In this document: piece after piece, positions 1 through 11,625 of the stretch
Numbering within the stretch: the first letter of the stretch is position 1
Layout of the letters: every line of letters begins with the position of its first letter
Source of the DNA: Mobula birostris
Lineage: Eukaryota
Length of the DNA: 64,000 nt
Assembly (NCBI RefSeq): GCF_030028105.1
Contig: NC_092395.1
Location: forward strand, 43,986,459-44,050,458
Direction: 5' to 3'
Position numbers and translations under genes: made by a program
Notes under the pieces: model-generated
Told to the model about the DNA's origin: nothing
What the model saw: only the letters and a program-made list of their open reading frames with translations
Database searches by the model: none

Positions 1-238
1 CCACTGCTCCAGTCTGTGCCTGGCACCGTCAGGGAGCGGCTGAGAATTAACATGTTGTCTGTGTTCTGCCTCACCGCGCTGGCTTGCACCTCACGGCTGG
101 TCGGACTCGCGTCCACTGTCCAGCTGACGACAGGGAAGCCTACCGACAGCTTACTGATCAGGCAAACTAAGGTGCCGGTTCCTTTAGCGGAGATCTCCTC
201 GGCAGACGACCCAAGCAGTTTGTCCGGGAGCTGTTGAT
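1..238 (-). pseudogene. IgL constant exon, cluster 1 (sigma-like; runs off the window edge; its linked VJ is frameshifted)
   Basis: The minus strand reads ...cccgatccag|AT CAA CAG CTC = DQQLPDKLLGSSAEEISAKGTGTLVCLISKLSVGFPVVSWTVDASPTSREVQASAVRQNTDNMLILSRSLTVPGTDWSSG. It is colinear with the C exon at 11972-12294 and has an in-frame 9-nt deletion near the start. The frame is open over the visible part. Confidence 0.9.
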
Positions 239-1252
239 CTGGATCGGGAGCAAGGGGAGACATGTTTCCGATCAAGAATATTCTACCGACATTTCAGAGT
301 TGGATAGAATCGCGAATGAAAGATTACGTCTTCCCAGAATGGAGCCCGAGGCTTCACTGGGGAACTGGTCAGTGCTCACGGAGGGCAATACATTTCAATC
401 AACACTGAAGAACTGGATATTTGCGATCAAATCCCTGTTTGAGGATTTTCCCGTTGCGTCGCTTGGTTGCAGCATCATCTGCTCACTGACCACCTCCAGT
501 CCTCGGGGTCTACTCCGGCTGTGTTACCAGTGACACATACCCATCCACTCATCACCAATGAGCTCCTTCCGACCTGTGCCACACGCAGCTGTTATGAGAA
601 CATATCACATAGCCTGCGTTTACCCAGTGTGTAAGGCGACATGTGCGCGGTCCTGAGTTTCACAGAGCTGGTTTGGGAAAGTCACCTGTGATCTGTGACG
701 ATTTGGAAGGAATATGAAATTCTCTACAGACCTGCAGCTGCGGCCTTAGACGGTGCACCAACCGAAATCATTGAGAGTCCGTATCCAAAACGGAGCAGTT
801 CCCAAGTGAAAACGTGGCAGGAGAGAGGAGGAGAGGACTAGATAATCGATTGGGTGTCTGCAGGAGTGTTCCACCCAATCCCCGAGGAACGGAAGTTCAG
901 TGAAAGTACGACAGAGGTTTCAATGGAGCATCCTCATACAATAAAATGAAACATGTCGTTCTGTTGTCTTGGCAACGATGGTCTACATCATGTCCACAGT
1001 GATACCTCAGCATCATTTTGGGAAACTGGAACTCCTCACGCAGGCTTCTAACAAACCACAGCAAAAGCAGCCAGACTAATGACACTGCAACCGCGAAAAT
1101 AGAGAGTTGAGAGGTCAATTTTAGGAATGAAGTATTAAAGTGCTGATGCCTGTGACACAAGATACGGCACCAGAAAGAAAACACAACTGAAAGGATTTTT
1201 TTTATTATTTTAAAAAGATGATAACAATTCAAACACAACTCTATTCTCACTG

Positions 1253-1736
1253 CAAACACGAGGAAATCTGCAGATGCTGGAATTTCAAGCAACACATTAA
1301 CAGTTGCTGGTGAACGCAGCAGGCCAGGCAGCATCTCTAGGAAGAGATGCAGTCAACGTTTCGGGCCGAGACCCTTCGTCAGGACTAACTGAAAGAAGAG
1401 CTAGTGAGAGATTTGAAAGTGGGAGGGGGAGGACGATTTCCGAAATGATTGGAGAAGACAGGAGGGGGAGGGATGGAGCCAAGAGCTGGACAGTTCATTG
1501 GCAAAAGAGATATGAGAGGATCATGGGACAGGAGGCCTAGGGAGAGCGAAGTCGGAAGGGGGGAAGCCCAGAGGATGGGCAAGGGGTATAGTGAGAGGAA
1601 CAGAGGGAGAAAAAGGAGCGAGAAAAAAAGAATGTGTGTATATAAATGAACAAATAAATAAATAAGTAAATAACAGATGGGGTGCGAGGGGGAGGTGGGG
1701 CATTAGTGGAAGTTTGAGAAGTCAATGTTCATGCCA
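1253..1736 (-). mobile_element. Penelope-like element 3' fragment inserted in the cluster-1 J-C intron
   Basis: Same terminal sequence as the GIY-YIG-linked copies at 4254-5765 and 28035-28820. Flanked by a 12-bp TSD, ctattctcactg (1241-1252) / ctatactcactg (1737-1748). Absent from the paralogous intron. Confidence 0.85.
1351..1386 (-). ncRNA. Minimal type I hammerhead ribozyme motif (PLE-associated)
   Basis: RNA AGUC-CUGACGA-AGGGUCUCGGCCC-GAAAC-GUU-GACU: CUGANGA and GAAA cores, stem I AGUC/GACU, short stem II, palindromic ACGU in place of stem III. Confidence 0.7.
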
Positions 1737-1891
1737 CTATACTCACTGAACACATCTCAGTGGACCACGACTGGGTTGTAAATTTGTTTTTTAATTGTAA
1801 AATTAGCCAAGAAATAATAATGTGAATATTATTAATTGTCAGGTGACCGTATTCATGCAGCTAGTAATTGCAGAAGGGATTTCCCTCTCAC

Positions 1892-2152
1892 TTGTAAAAA
1901 AGAGCTTGGTCCCTGGGCTGAACAAGTAATAACTGCCCCATGAATCCCACACTTCCGCAGTAATAAACGGCACCGTCACTTAGCTCCACATTTCTTTTTA
2001 AGGTTTAACTGGCGAACGGTGCCAGCGCTGGTGATTGTCGACGTCCAACGGTCGCTGCTAACCTCAGACCCATAGGTCCACGCGCTGTACGAGTGATGAT
2101 AGTACAGGATACATTGTGGGGCTGTTCCCGGTGTCTGTCTATACCAGTTAAC
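1892..2152 (-). pseudogene. Germline-joined IgL VJ pseudo-exon, cluster 1 (FR2 to J)
   Basis: Reads NWYRQTPGTAPQCILYYHHSYSAWTYGSEVSSDRWTSTITSAGTVRQL, then a +4 nt shift, NVELSDGAVYYC, a 34-nt junction (1 nt out of frame; EVWDSWGSYYL), FSPGTKLFFT and donor A|GTGAG at 1891. No RSS between V and J. No recognisable FR1, leader or octamer immediately upstream. Confidence 0.88.
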
Positions 2153-3039
2153 AACTTAACTAAGAGATTGACTCCCTCAACTGTCGGGCTCAACCTATAT
2201 CTAACAAGCTTCCCCCTGAAACCGAGTCAACAAATACACGCATGTATAACTCCCTGTGATTGTATATCAAACAAGAAAGTAACTGCAACATCGAGGAAAT
2301 ATTTATGGGAGAAGCCCCAGGGAAGAGTCATCACTGGTCAATGGAGCTGATGGTGCTGAACTCCTCAGGGAATAAGGGAAGGTTGGACCACGCAAAGAAT
2401 AAAACTACATGGTTTAACTCTGGACAGACGTGTAAAGTGAGAAATATTAAGTTATTCCATAGTGATTTATAACAGAACTGATGTGTTATTGGAGGCTGTT
2501 TTCTGTATCATTCAACTAGCGCTGAAGGTTAAATCGGAGCTTTTCCCTTGAACAACTGTCATGAAGCCAGGTTTTGGGTCAGACATCACGGTGTGTCGAA
2601 ACCACAGTGTAGCCAGGTCCTGAGGACAATCGTTGGATCTCAACAAAGTGCGCAATGGAAGGGAAGCAAAACTTAGTGTTGCTAACCTGAGGGAAAAACT
2701 TATTTCATATAAATATTTTGGTCCAATTCCATATAAACTTGCAAGAAGTAATGTAGAGAGAGTGTGCAATTTCCAGTTTTATATACTGTGCTGTTCTGTA
2801 TATTCAACGGGCAGATATTTACTTCGTGTCTTACAGGCCCAAATGAGAGGAGAAGAACTGAATAAATGACCCTTATTTTTATGCTTCCTGTGATCATACA
2901 CAAAATAATCCGTACCCTTCTTTTTCAAAAGAAGTCTTATTGAAATAAGCTCACATTTCATGTTTTTGTGAATCTCCAAGTTCACATTTTTTCGCTACTG
3001 TGAAGTGGTCAATTGATATTCTGTCATCCTCACACACAA

Positions 3040-3540
3040 ACAAACAAAAAATGCTGTCGTGACTCAAGCCGTATGTGCACAGGGAAATAAACAGTTGGTG
3101 TTACAGGCCGCGATCCTTCATCATAAGCAGCCAGAATAAGAAAATTGGGGTGGGACTGATTGTGGGGAGTACAGGCCGGCAGGTGATAAGTGAGACCAGG
3201 TGAGGTGGTTAGTCGTATGGGTAGATGATACAAGAAGCTACGAGTTGGTCGGTGGAATAGGGAAAGGACTGAAAAAATAGCATTCTAATAGGAGACGACA
3301 GTGGACCAAGGAACAAAGAGCGGGTTGGGGTAGGGGGATCACAGAATGAGTTGATGGTCATGAGACGGAGGAGGAGAAGAGAAAAGGATAGAAGGTACTT
3401 TGAACGCAAATGGCAAAAAGGGACGGGGAGGGAAAAGGAAAGTTTGGAAACTACTGGAAATTAGAGGAATTGATATTCATGCTGTTAGTTTGGAGGCTAT
3501 CCAGATGGAATATGACGCTTTGCTCCTCCACCTGATAGCA
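3040..3540 (-). mobile_element. Diverged Penelope-like element 3' fragment
   Basis: Decayed hammerhead-region motif (gttacaggccgcgatccttcatca) and the end of the GIY-YIG domain (rc of ...tattcatgctgttagtttggaggctatccagatggaatatg). Confidence 0.6.
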
Positions 3541-4253
3541 TGAATCATGCTTGCAGTAGAGAAGCTGAATTTGAATAGATAGCTACAGAGAGATCCTTGC
3601 TTTCTGCACAGAGCAGAGAGAAAATGCTTGATGAAGGGGTCCCCATGCGTATTTCTCGCTAATATCGAAGAGGCCATATCGAGAGCATCAGTACAATAGA
3701 TGATCCAGGCATAGAAACATAGAAACATAGAAAATAGGTGCAGGAGCAGATCATCCGGTGCTTCGAGCCTGCACCGCCATTCAGTATGATCATGGATCAT
3801 CATGTTACTCAGAAACCTGTACCTGCCTTCTCTCCATACCCTCTGATCCCTTTAGCCACAAGGGCCGTATCTAAATCCCTCTGAAATATAGCCAATGAAC
3901 TGGCCTCAACTGTTCCCTGTGGCAGAGAATTCCACAGATTCACCATTCTCTGTGTGAAGAAGTTTTTCCTCATCTCGGTCCTAAAAGGCTTCCCCTTTAT
4001 CCTCAAACTGTGACCCCTCGTTCTGCACTTCCCCATCTAGCCTGCCCAATCCCTTTAGAATTTTATGCGTTTCAATAATATCCCCCTTCAATCTTCTATA
4101 TTCCAGAGAGTATAAGCCTAGTCGATCCAGTCTTTCATCATATGAAAATCCTGCCATCACAGGAATCAATCTGATGAACCTTCTTTGTACTCCCTCTATG
4201 GCAAGAATGTCTTTCCTCAGATTAGGGGACCAAAACTCCACACAATACCCCAG

Positions 4254-5765
4254 GAACACACATCAAAGTTGCTGGTGAACGCAGCAGGCCAGGCAGCATC
4301 TCCAGCAAGAGGTACAGTCGACGTTTCAGGCCGAGACCCTTCGTCAGGACTAACTGAAGGAAGAGTGAGTAAGGGATTTGAAAGTTGGAGGGGAAGGGGG
4401 AGATCCAAAATGATAGGAGAAGACAGGGGGGGGAGGGATGGAGCCAAGAGCTGGACAGGTGATTGGCAAAAGGGGATACGAGGGGATCATGGGACAAGAG
4501 GTCCGGGAAGAAAGACAAGGGGGGGGGGACCCAGAGGATGGGCAAGAGGTATATTCAGAGGGACAGAGGAAGAAAAAGGAGAGTGAGAGAAAGAATGTGT
4601 GCATAAAAATAGGTAACAGATGGGGTACGAGGGTGAGGTGGGGCCTAGCGGAAGTTAGAGAAGTCGATGTTCATGCCATCAGGTCGGAGGCTACCCAGAC
4701 GGAATATAAGGTGTTGTTCCTCCAACCTGAGTGTGGCTTCATCTTTACAGTAGAGGAGGCCGTGGATAGACATGTCAGAATGGGAATGGGATGTGGAATT
4801 AAAATGTGTGGCCACTAGGAGATCCTGCTTTCTCTGGCGGACAGAGCGTAGATTTCAGCAAAGCGGTCTCCCAATCTGCGTCGGGTCTCGCCAATATATA
4901 AAAGGCCACATCGGGAGCACCGGACGCAGTATATCACCCCCGTCGACTCACAGGTGAAGTGTTGCCTCACCTGGAAGGACTGTTTGGGGCCCTGAATGGT
5001 GGTAAGGGAGGAAGTGTAAGGGCATGTGTAGCACTTGTTCCGCTTACACGGATAAGTGCCAGGAGGGAGATCAGTGGGGAGGGATGGGGGGGACGAATGG
5101 ACAAGGGAGTTGTGTAGGGAGCGATCCCTGCGGAATGCAGAGAGAGGGGGGGAGGGAAAGATGTGCTTAGTGGTGGGATCCCGTTGGAGGTGGCAGCAGT
5201 TACGGAGAATAATATGTGGGACCCGCAGGCTGGTGGGGTGGTAGGTGAGGACCAGGTGAACCCTATTCCTAGTGAGGTGGCGGGAGGATGGAGTGAGAGC
5301 AGATGTACGTGAAATGGGGGAGATGCTTTTAAGAGCAGAGTTGATAGTGGAGGAAGGGAAGCCCCTTTCTTTAAAAAATGAAGAATTCTCCCTCGTCCTA
5401 GAATGAAAAGCCTCATCCTGAGAGCAGATGCGGCGGAGACGGAGGAATTACGAGAAGGGGATGGCGTTTTTGCAAGAGACAGGGTGAGAAGAGGAATAGT
5501 CCAGATAGCTGTGAGAGTCAGTAGGCTTATAGTAGACATCAGTGGATAAGCTGTCTCCAGAGACAGAGACAGAAATATCTAGAAAGGGGATGGAGGTGTC
5601 GGAAATGGACCAGGTAAACTTGAGGGCAGGGTGAAAGTTGGAGGCAAAGTTAATAAAGTCAACGAGTTCTGCATGTGTGCAGGGGGCAGCGCCAATGCAG
5701 TCGTCGATGTAGCGAAGGAAAAGTGGGGGACAGATACCAGAATAGGCACGGAACATAGATTGTTC
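4254..5765 (-). mobile_element. Penelope-like element (RT C-terminal part + GIY-YIG endonuclease + 3' terminus) nested in CR1
   Basis: RT LRYIDDC..PFLDISV..YYKPTDSHSYLDYSSSHP (5448-5768 track). GIY-YIG region near 4700-4980. 13-bp TSD cacaataccccag at 4241-4253 and 5766-5778. Confidence 0.92.
4316..4351 (-). ncRNA. Minimal type I hammerhead ribozyme motif (best-conserved copy)
   Basis: AGUC-CUGACGA-AGG-GUCUCGG-CCU-GAAAC-GUC-GACU, with a canonical GUC cleavage triplet and a fully paired 3-bp stem II. Confidence 0.75.
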
Positions 5766-8700
5766 CACAATACCCCAGATGTGTTCTCACCAAGGCCTTG
5801 TAAAACTGCAGTAGTACCTCCCTGCTCCTGTACTCGAATCCTCTTGCTATGAATGCCAGCATACCATTCGTCTTTTTCACCGCCTGCTGTACCTGCATGC
5901 CCACTTTCATGACTGGTGTATAATGACACCCAGATCTCTTTGTACCTCCCCTTTTCCTAATCGGCCACCATTCAGATAATAATCTGTTTTCCTGTTCTTG
6001 CCACCAAAGTGGATAACCTCACATTTATCCACATTGAATTGCATCTGCCATGAAATTGCCCTCTCACCCAAACTATCCAAGTCACCCTGCATCCTCTTAG
6101 AATCCTCCTCACAGCTAACACTGCCGCCCAGCTTCCTGTCATCCGCAAACTTGGAGATGCTGCATTTAATTCCCTCCTCTAAGTCATTAATATATATTGT
6201 AAACAACTGGGGTCCCAGCACTGAGCCTTGCGGTACCCCACTAGTCACTGCCTGCCATTCTTAAAAGGTCCCATTTATTCCTACTCTCTGCTTCCTGTCT
6301 GCCAACCAATTCTCTATCCACATCAATACCATACCCACAATACTGTGTGCATTAAGTTTGCACACTAATCTTATGTGTGGGACCTTGTCAAAAACCTTTT
6401 GAAAATCCAAATATACCACATCCACTGGTTCTCCCCTATCCACGCTGCTAGTTACAACCTGAAAAAATTCTATGAGATTCGTCAAACAAGATTTTCCTTT
6501 CACAAATCCATGCTGACTTTGCCCGATGATTTCACCGCTTTCCAAATGTACTGTTATCACATCTTTGATAACTGAATCTAGCATTTACCCACCACCGATG
6601 TCACGCTTACCGGTCTATAATTCCCCAGTTTCTCTCTCCCTCCTTTTTCGAAAAGGGGATTTACATTAGCCACCCTCCAATCCTAAGGAACCAATCCAGA
6701 ATCTAAAGAGTTTTGAAAAATTATCACGAATGCATCTGCTATTTCTTGGGCTACTTCCTTAAGCACTCTGGGATGCAGACCATCTGGCCCTGTGGATTTA
6801 TCTGCCTTTAAATCCCTTCAATTTACCTAACATCACTTCCCTACTAGCATGTATATCCCTCAGTTCCTCCATCTCACTAGACCCTCGGTCCCCTACTATT
6901 TACGGAAGATTGTTTATGTCCTCCTTAGTGAAGACAGAACCAAAGTAGTTATTCTATTGGTCTGCCATGTCCTTGTTCCCCATAATCAATTCACCTCTTT
7001 CTGACTGTAAGGGACCTACATTTGTCTGAAGCAATATTTTTCTTTTCACATATCTATAAAAGCTTTTACAGTCAGTTTTTATGTTCCCTGCCAACTTTCT
7101 CTCATAATCATTTTTCCCTTTCCTATTTAAGCCCTTTGTCCTCCTCTGCTGGACTCTGAATTTCTCCCAGTCCTCAGGTGCGCCGCTTTTTCTGGCTAAT
7201 TTGTATCTTTCTTCTTCGAAATTGATACTATCCCTAATTTCCCTTGTCAGCCACGGGTGCACTACCTTCCCTGGTTTATTCTTTTGCCAAACTGGGATGA
7301 AGAATTGTTGTAGTTCATCTATGCGATCTTTAAGTGCTTGCCATTGCATATGCACTGTCAACCCTTTAAGTATCATTTGCCAGTCCATCTTAGCTAATTC
7401 ACGTCTCGTACATTCAAAGCTACCCTTCTTTAAGTTCAGAACCTTTGTTTCTGAATTGACTATATCACTTTCCATCTTAATGAAGAATCCCACCATATTA
7501 TGGTCACTCTTACCCAAGGATCCCCTAACAACAGAATTGCTAATTAACCCTTCTTCATTGCTCAATACCCAGTCTAGAATGGCCTGCTCTCTAGTTGGTT
7601 CCTTGACATGTTGGTTCAGAAAACTATCCCGCATACATTCCAAGAAATCCTCTTCCTCAGCACCCTTACCAATTTGGTTCACCCAATCTATATGTAGATT
7701 GAAATCATCCATTATAACTGTTGTTCCTTTATTGCACGCATTTCTAATTTCCTGTTTAATGCCATCCCCAACCTCACTACTACTGTTAGGTGGCCTGTAC
7801 ACAACTCCCACCAGCATTTTCTGCCCCTTAGTGTTATGCAGTTCAACCCATATCAATTGCACATCCTCCCGGCTAATGTCCTCCCTTTCTATTGTGTTAA
7901 TCTCCTCTCTAACCAGAAATGCCACCCCACCTCCTGTTCTTTCATGTCTATCCCTCCTGAATATTGAATATCCCCGAATGTTGAGCTGCCATCGTTGGTC
8001 GCCTTGGAGCCATGTCTCTGTGATCCCAACTATATCATATTCATTAATAACTATCTGCACATTCAATTCATCCACCTTGTTACGAATGCTCCTTGCATTG
8101 ACACACAAAGCCTTGAGGCTTGCTTTTACGACACTCTTAGCCCTTATACAATTATGTTGAAAAGTGGCCTTTTTTGATTTTTCCCCTGGATTTGCCGGCC
8201 TGCGACCATTAGTTTTCACCTTACTACTTTTTGCTTCTACCCTCATTTTACACCCTTCTGTCTCTCTGTACTTGCTTCCATCCCCCCTGCCACATTAGTT
8301 TAAATCCTCCTGAACAACAGTAGCAAACGCTTCCCCTTCGAACATTGGTTCCAGTCCAGCCCAGGTGCAGACCGTTCTGCTTGTACCGGTCCCACCTCCT
8401 CCAGAACTGGTCCAATGCCCCAGAAATTTGAATCCCTTCCCCTTGCACAATTTTTCAAGCCACGTATTTATCTGAAATATCCTCCTATTTCTACTCTGAC
8501 TAGCACGTTGCACTGGTAGTAATCATCTTTGTGGTCCTACTTTTTAGTTTATCTCCTAACTCCGTAAGTTCACCTTGCAGGACCTCATCCCGTTTTTCAC
8601 CTACATCGTTGGTACCTGTGTGCACCACGACCACTGGCTGTTCACCCTCCCACTCCAGAATGTCCTGCATTCGCTCAGAGACAGCCTTGACCCTCGCACC

Positions 8701-8959
8701 AGGGAGGCAACATACCGTCCTGGAGTGTCGTTTGTGGCCGAAGAAACGCCTATCTATTCCCCTTGCAATCGAATCCCCTATCACTATAGCTCTCCCGCTC
8801 CTTTTCCTTCCCTCCTGTGCCGCAGAGCCATTCATGGTGCCGTGATCTCGGCTGCTGCTGCCTTCCCCTGATGAGACATCTCCCCCAACAGTATCCAAAA
8901 CAGTATATCTGTTCAGGAGGGAGATGACCTCAGGGCACTCCTGCTCTACGCTGCTAGGC

Positions 8960-9520
8960 AGACTTACAGTGAAGCATTGCCTCACCTTGAAGGACTGCTT
9001 GAGGCCCTGAATGGTGATGATGGATGTGAAGCAGGTGACAGTGTCAGGGAGAAGTGCCAACTGGAAGATCAGTGGGGAGCGATGAGTGGACAAGACATTA
9101 ACGTAGGAGCAATCTTTATGGATATCAATGTGATGTGTCTGGTGATGGGATCTCGAACGAGATGCCAGATTTGTGAAGAATTATATTATGGGTTTCGAGC
9201 CTAATGCAGTGGCAGGGAATGATCTATCCCAGTTACAATGGTGATAAGATGGGATAACGGCAGATGTGTGGGAAATGGAGGAGATGTGGGTGGGGGCTGC
9301 ATCAATGCTGAAAGAGAACCCCTGTTCTATATAAATAAAAGAGGACATCTCAAGCGTTCCGGAATGGAACATACATGGCATGGATATAGGAACAGAGAAA
9401 AAGGAATAACAATTTTACATGAATAAGGATGGGGGAACATCTGTTGAAGGTAACTATGAGAGTTGGTGAGCCTTGAGAAAATGTCAATAAATGTATCTGG
9501 AGATGTGGCGCTGTGTGAGA
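8960..9520 (-). mobile_element. Old Penelope-like element fragment
   Basis: DIFSRLTNSHSYLQQMFPHPYSCKIVIPFS resembles the PLE RT motif YKPTDSHSYL..HP.SCKNAIPFS; FKVRQCFT resembles the GIY-YIG start. Confidence 0.65.
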
Positions 9521-10379
9521 TGTTCAATATTTCCAGCAACTACTGCCTCTGTTGTGTCACTGAATTTGCTGGTGGGTAGTTTATCAGGATTTACCCTCAC
9601 ATATTTCCACAAAGATTTGTGTGAATTGTACAGTGGTCAGTACAGACGAGGTGGAGTGTGAGCAGTAAGAGTCTGGCGTAATGTGGATGATACTCAAGAG
9701 GTGAATTCCCACTGGAATGGCCAGTACTGACAGCACTTCTCTCGTTTCTAAATATGAAGAGCTCTGGCTAAGTGGGATTGTTTCCTGGAGCTCTGTCTCC
9801 TAAGAATACATCTTGACCATTATGATACAGATCACATCACAGTTCCCTTTTATCTTTTTGGACGGGAGCCTACCACTCAACTGCCAACATTGTGCTTACA
9901 TCGACGGACTGGAGCCACAACATATGTGACCAAAGGGTGCCACTGGTGCCAGCTGTTTCACTATTCAGTTGTTGCCATATTATCGTGCTGCCAGTGGAGA
10001 ACTAGCATTTTGAAGAGTATATATATATGTAGATTTGGGAAACGTTTCGTGAAGTCCACGCAAATATTAAAGAAAAACTACATTTAAGATTCTCATAGAA
10101 AGGTTACATTCATGGTGGAAACAGGGAACTTGGATATTTTAAAAGAGCAGATAATGTCGGAGCAGGAGGAGAGAGATGCGGACAGGATCTGGGTTATATT
10201 TCCTCCTGTGGGACACAGTTTCAGAGTAATTCGTAATGTCAGAGCTGGGGAAGGATTTTCAATCTCAGAGGACTGAATCATTGGTATTCTCCACCCTATA
10301 TGGAGGCTCCCGCACTGAGTGCATTCGGCTGAGATAGACTGATGTTGGTCTATAGTGGAATCGTGTATGTACGGGGACA

Positions 10380-10540
10380 CACCTGTCCTTCCCATCCATC
10401 CCCATCACCTTTCCTTATTCTGACGTGTTTCCCTTCCTTTCCAGTCCTGATGAAGGGTCCGGCCCGAAACATCAACTGATAATTCTTGTCATATTCATGC
10501 TGTCTGGCCTCCTGGATTTCCTCCAGTATTTGTGTGTATG
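10380..10540 (+). mobile_element. PLE 3' terminus with a degenerate hammerhead motif
   Basis: agtcctgatgaagggtccggcccgaaacatcaact at about 10443-10478. Confidence 0.6.
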
Positions 10541-11619
10541 CATGAAATAAACATACTCCTCCATTATCTATGCCGTCTTGGACATATTGACTTTAATGGA
10601 GACAGAAGCTTTGACAGGGAGGAACGAGGTCGTTATGAGACCCGACCTCCACATGATGACCTGAGTGCTCACGAAGGTCTCCACTAAGAAAACGTAGAGG
10701 GAAGGGCAAATCTCAATTATAAAGCGGAAGTGGTACATTAAAGAAACAACAAGTGAGGACTAGGAAGATTTCAGCATGTAGCATGCCCGTGGATGGATGC
10801 ACGGAATCTATCGAACCGCCCGTCCCAGTGCTATCTTCCCTCCCCCACCTCACACCACCGATTACATGGAGATTGACGTATTAAGAAACACTATACCTGG
10901 TTTACAGAAGTTTTCAACCCTGTCCGCCCCGGGAAAGCCGGCCTGCTCGGGTGGAAACTTACTGGGGCATCGGCCACTGACAGCAATTGGTTCCATGACT
11001 AATCCTCCTCCTTCCCCTGACATGTTTGGGAGCGTCCATGGCGGAGTTATGGAGTGGAAAGTCGCTGCATTTAACTCAGCCGCAGAGACATCTTTTCAGC
11101 AACAGGTCAAAAGGAGAGCCTTCTGGAGAAACTAGCTGCCAACAATAGGAAGAAACTGGCCTGCTCAGATACGGCAGATCGATTCCATCAGAACCCCGCC
11201 AGAGCAGCCACGATTTAAATATTTGCACAATGTGGTTGACTTCACACCTATTCGAGTCGTATAACGATAATTCCATGTATATACGCGGATCAAGGGCATA
11301 CTCCGACCTCATGCACTTCTTCGCTTATGGGTCTCTTTTTCTCACCTCATCAATTCTGGCCACTCCAGGTCTGTCTGTTTGTCTGTCTCTCTGTCTCTTC
11401 CTCTCTCTGCCCCGCCCCTCTTTCCCTCCGCCACCAACTGCAAGACTGCAGAATTTTTCACCTTATTTGAACTCCTAGACTGCATTTGTTGGTGCCGTCT
11501 CGCCCGCGCGAGTTGCACCCGCCTCCCCCCCCCACCTCTCCTCCCACCCAGATGAGAATGGGAAGTGCATACAAGAGAACAAGACTTAACACACGGAAAT
11601 CATTCCTGCACTGAACATC

Positions 11620-11625
11620 TTTATT
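11620..11625 (-). terminator. Probable polyadenylation signal of the intact IgL gene
   Basis: AATAAA on the minus strand, about 350 nt downstream of the C-exon stop codon. Confidence 0.55.

Larger units (their letters stand above)
239..1891 (-). repeat. J-C intron of cluster 1, paralogous to 12295-13484 (cluster duplication)
   Basis: Colinear shared blocks in both introns, e.g. ctgtttgaggattttcc, tttcacagagctggt, ggaactcctcacgc, cagcaccagaaagaaaacacaactgaaa/cggcaccagaaagaaaacacaactgaaa, caggtgacc(g/a)tattcatgcagct. Confidence 0.9.
3711..8958 (-). mobile_element. Near full-length, disrupted CR1 LINE (ORF1 SGNH esterase, ORF2 APE endonuclease + RT, 3' microsatellite tail), interrupted by a PLE
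   Basis: ORF1 VIGDSIARG..CLPGARV..VHTGTND (8500-9093 track). EN LCVNARS..GITETWL..GVVYRPP..DDFN..SDH (6954-8246). RT QHGFVKGKSCLTNL..YLDFQKVFDKV (6261-6584), SGVPQGSVLGP..FADD (5907-6248), YCVEFWSP (3981-4259). (atagaaac)n tail at 3711-3733. Confidence 0.95.

Noticed and set aside
7201-8160. Long ORFs such as 7201-8160 (+), 4967-5539 (-), 45955-46374 (-) and 51057-51473 (+)
   Set aside because: They are antisense or alternative-frame shadows of CR1, PLE or Gypsy coding sequence, with no independent protein features.
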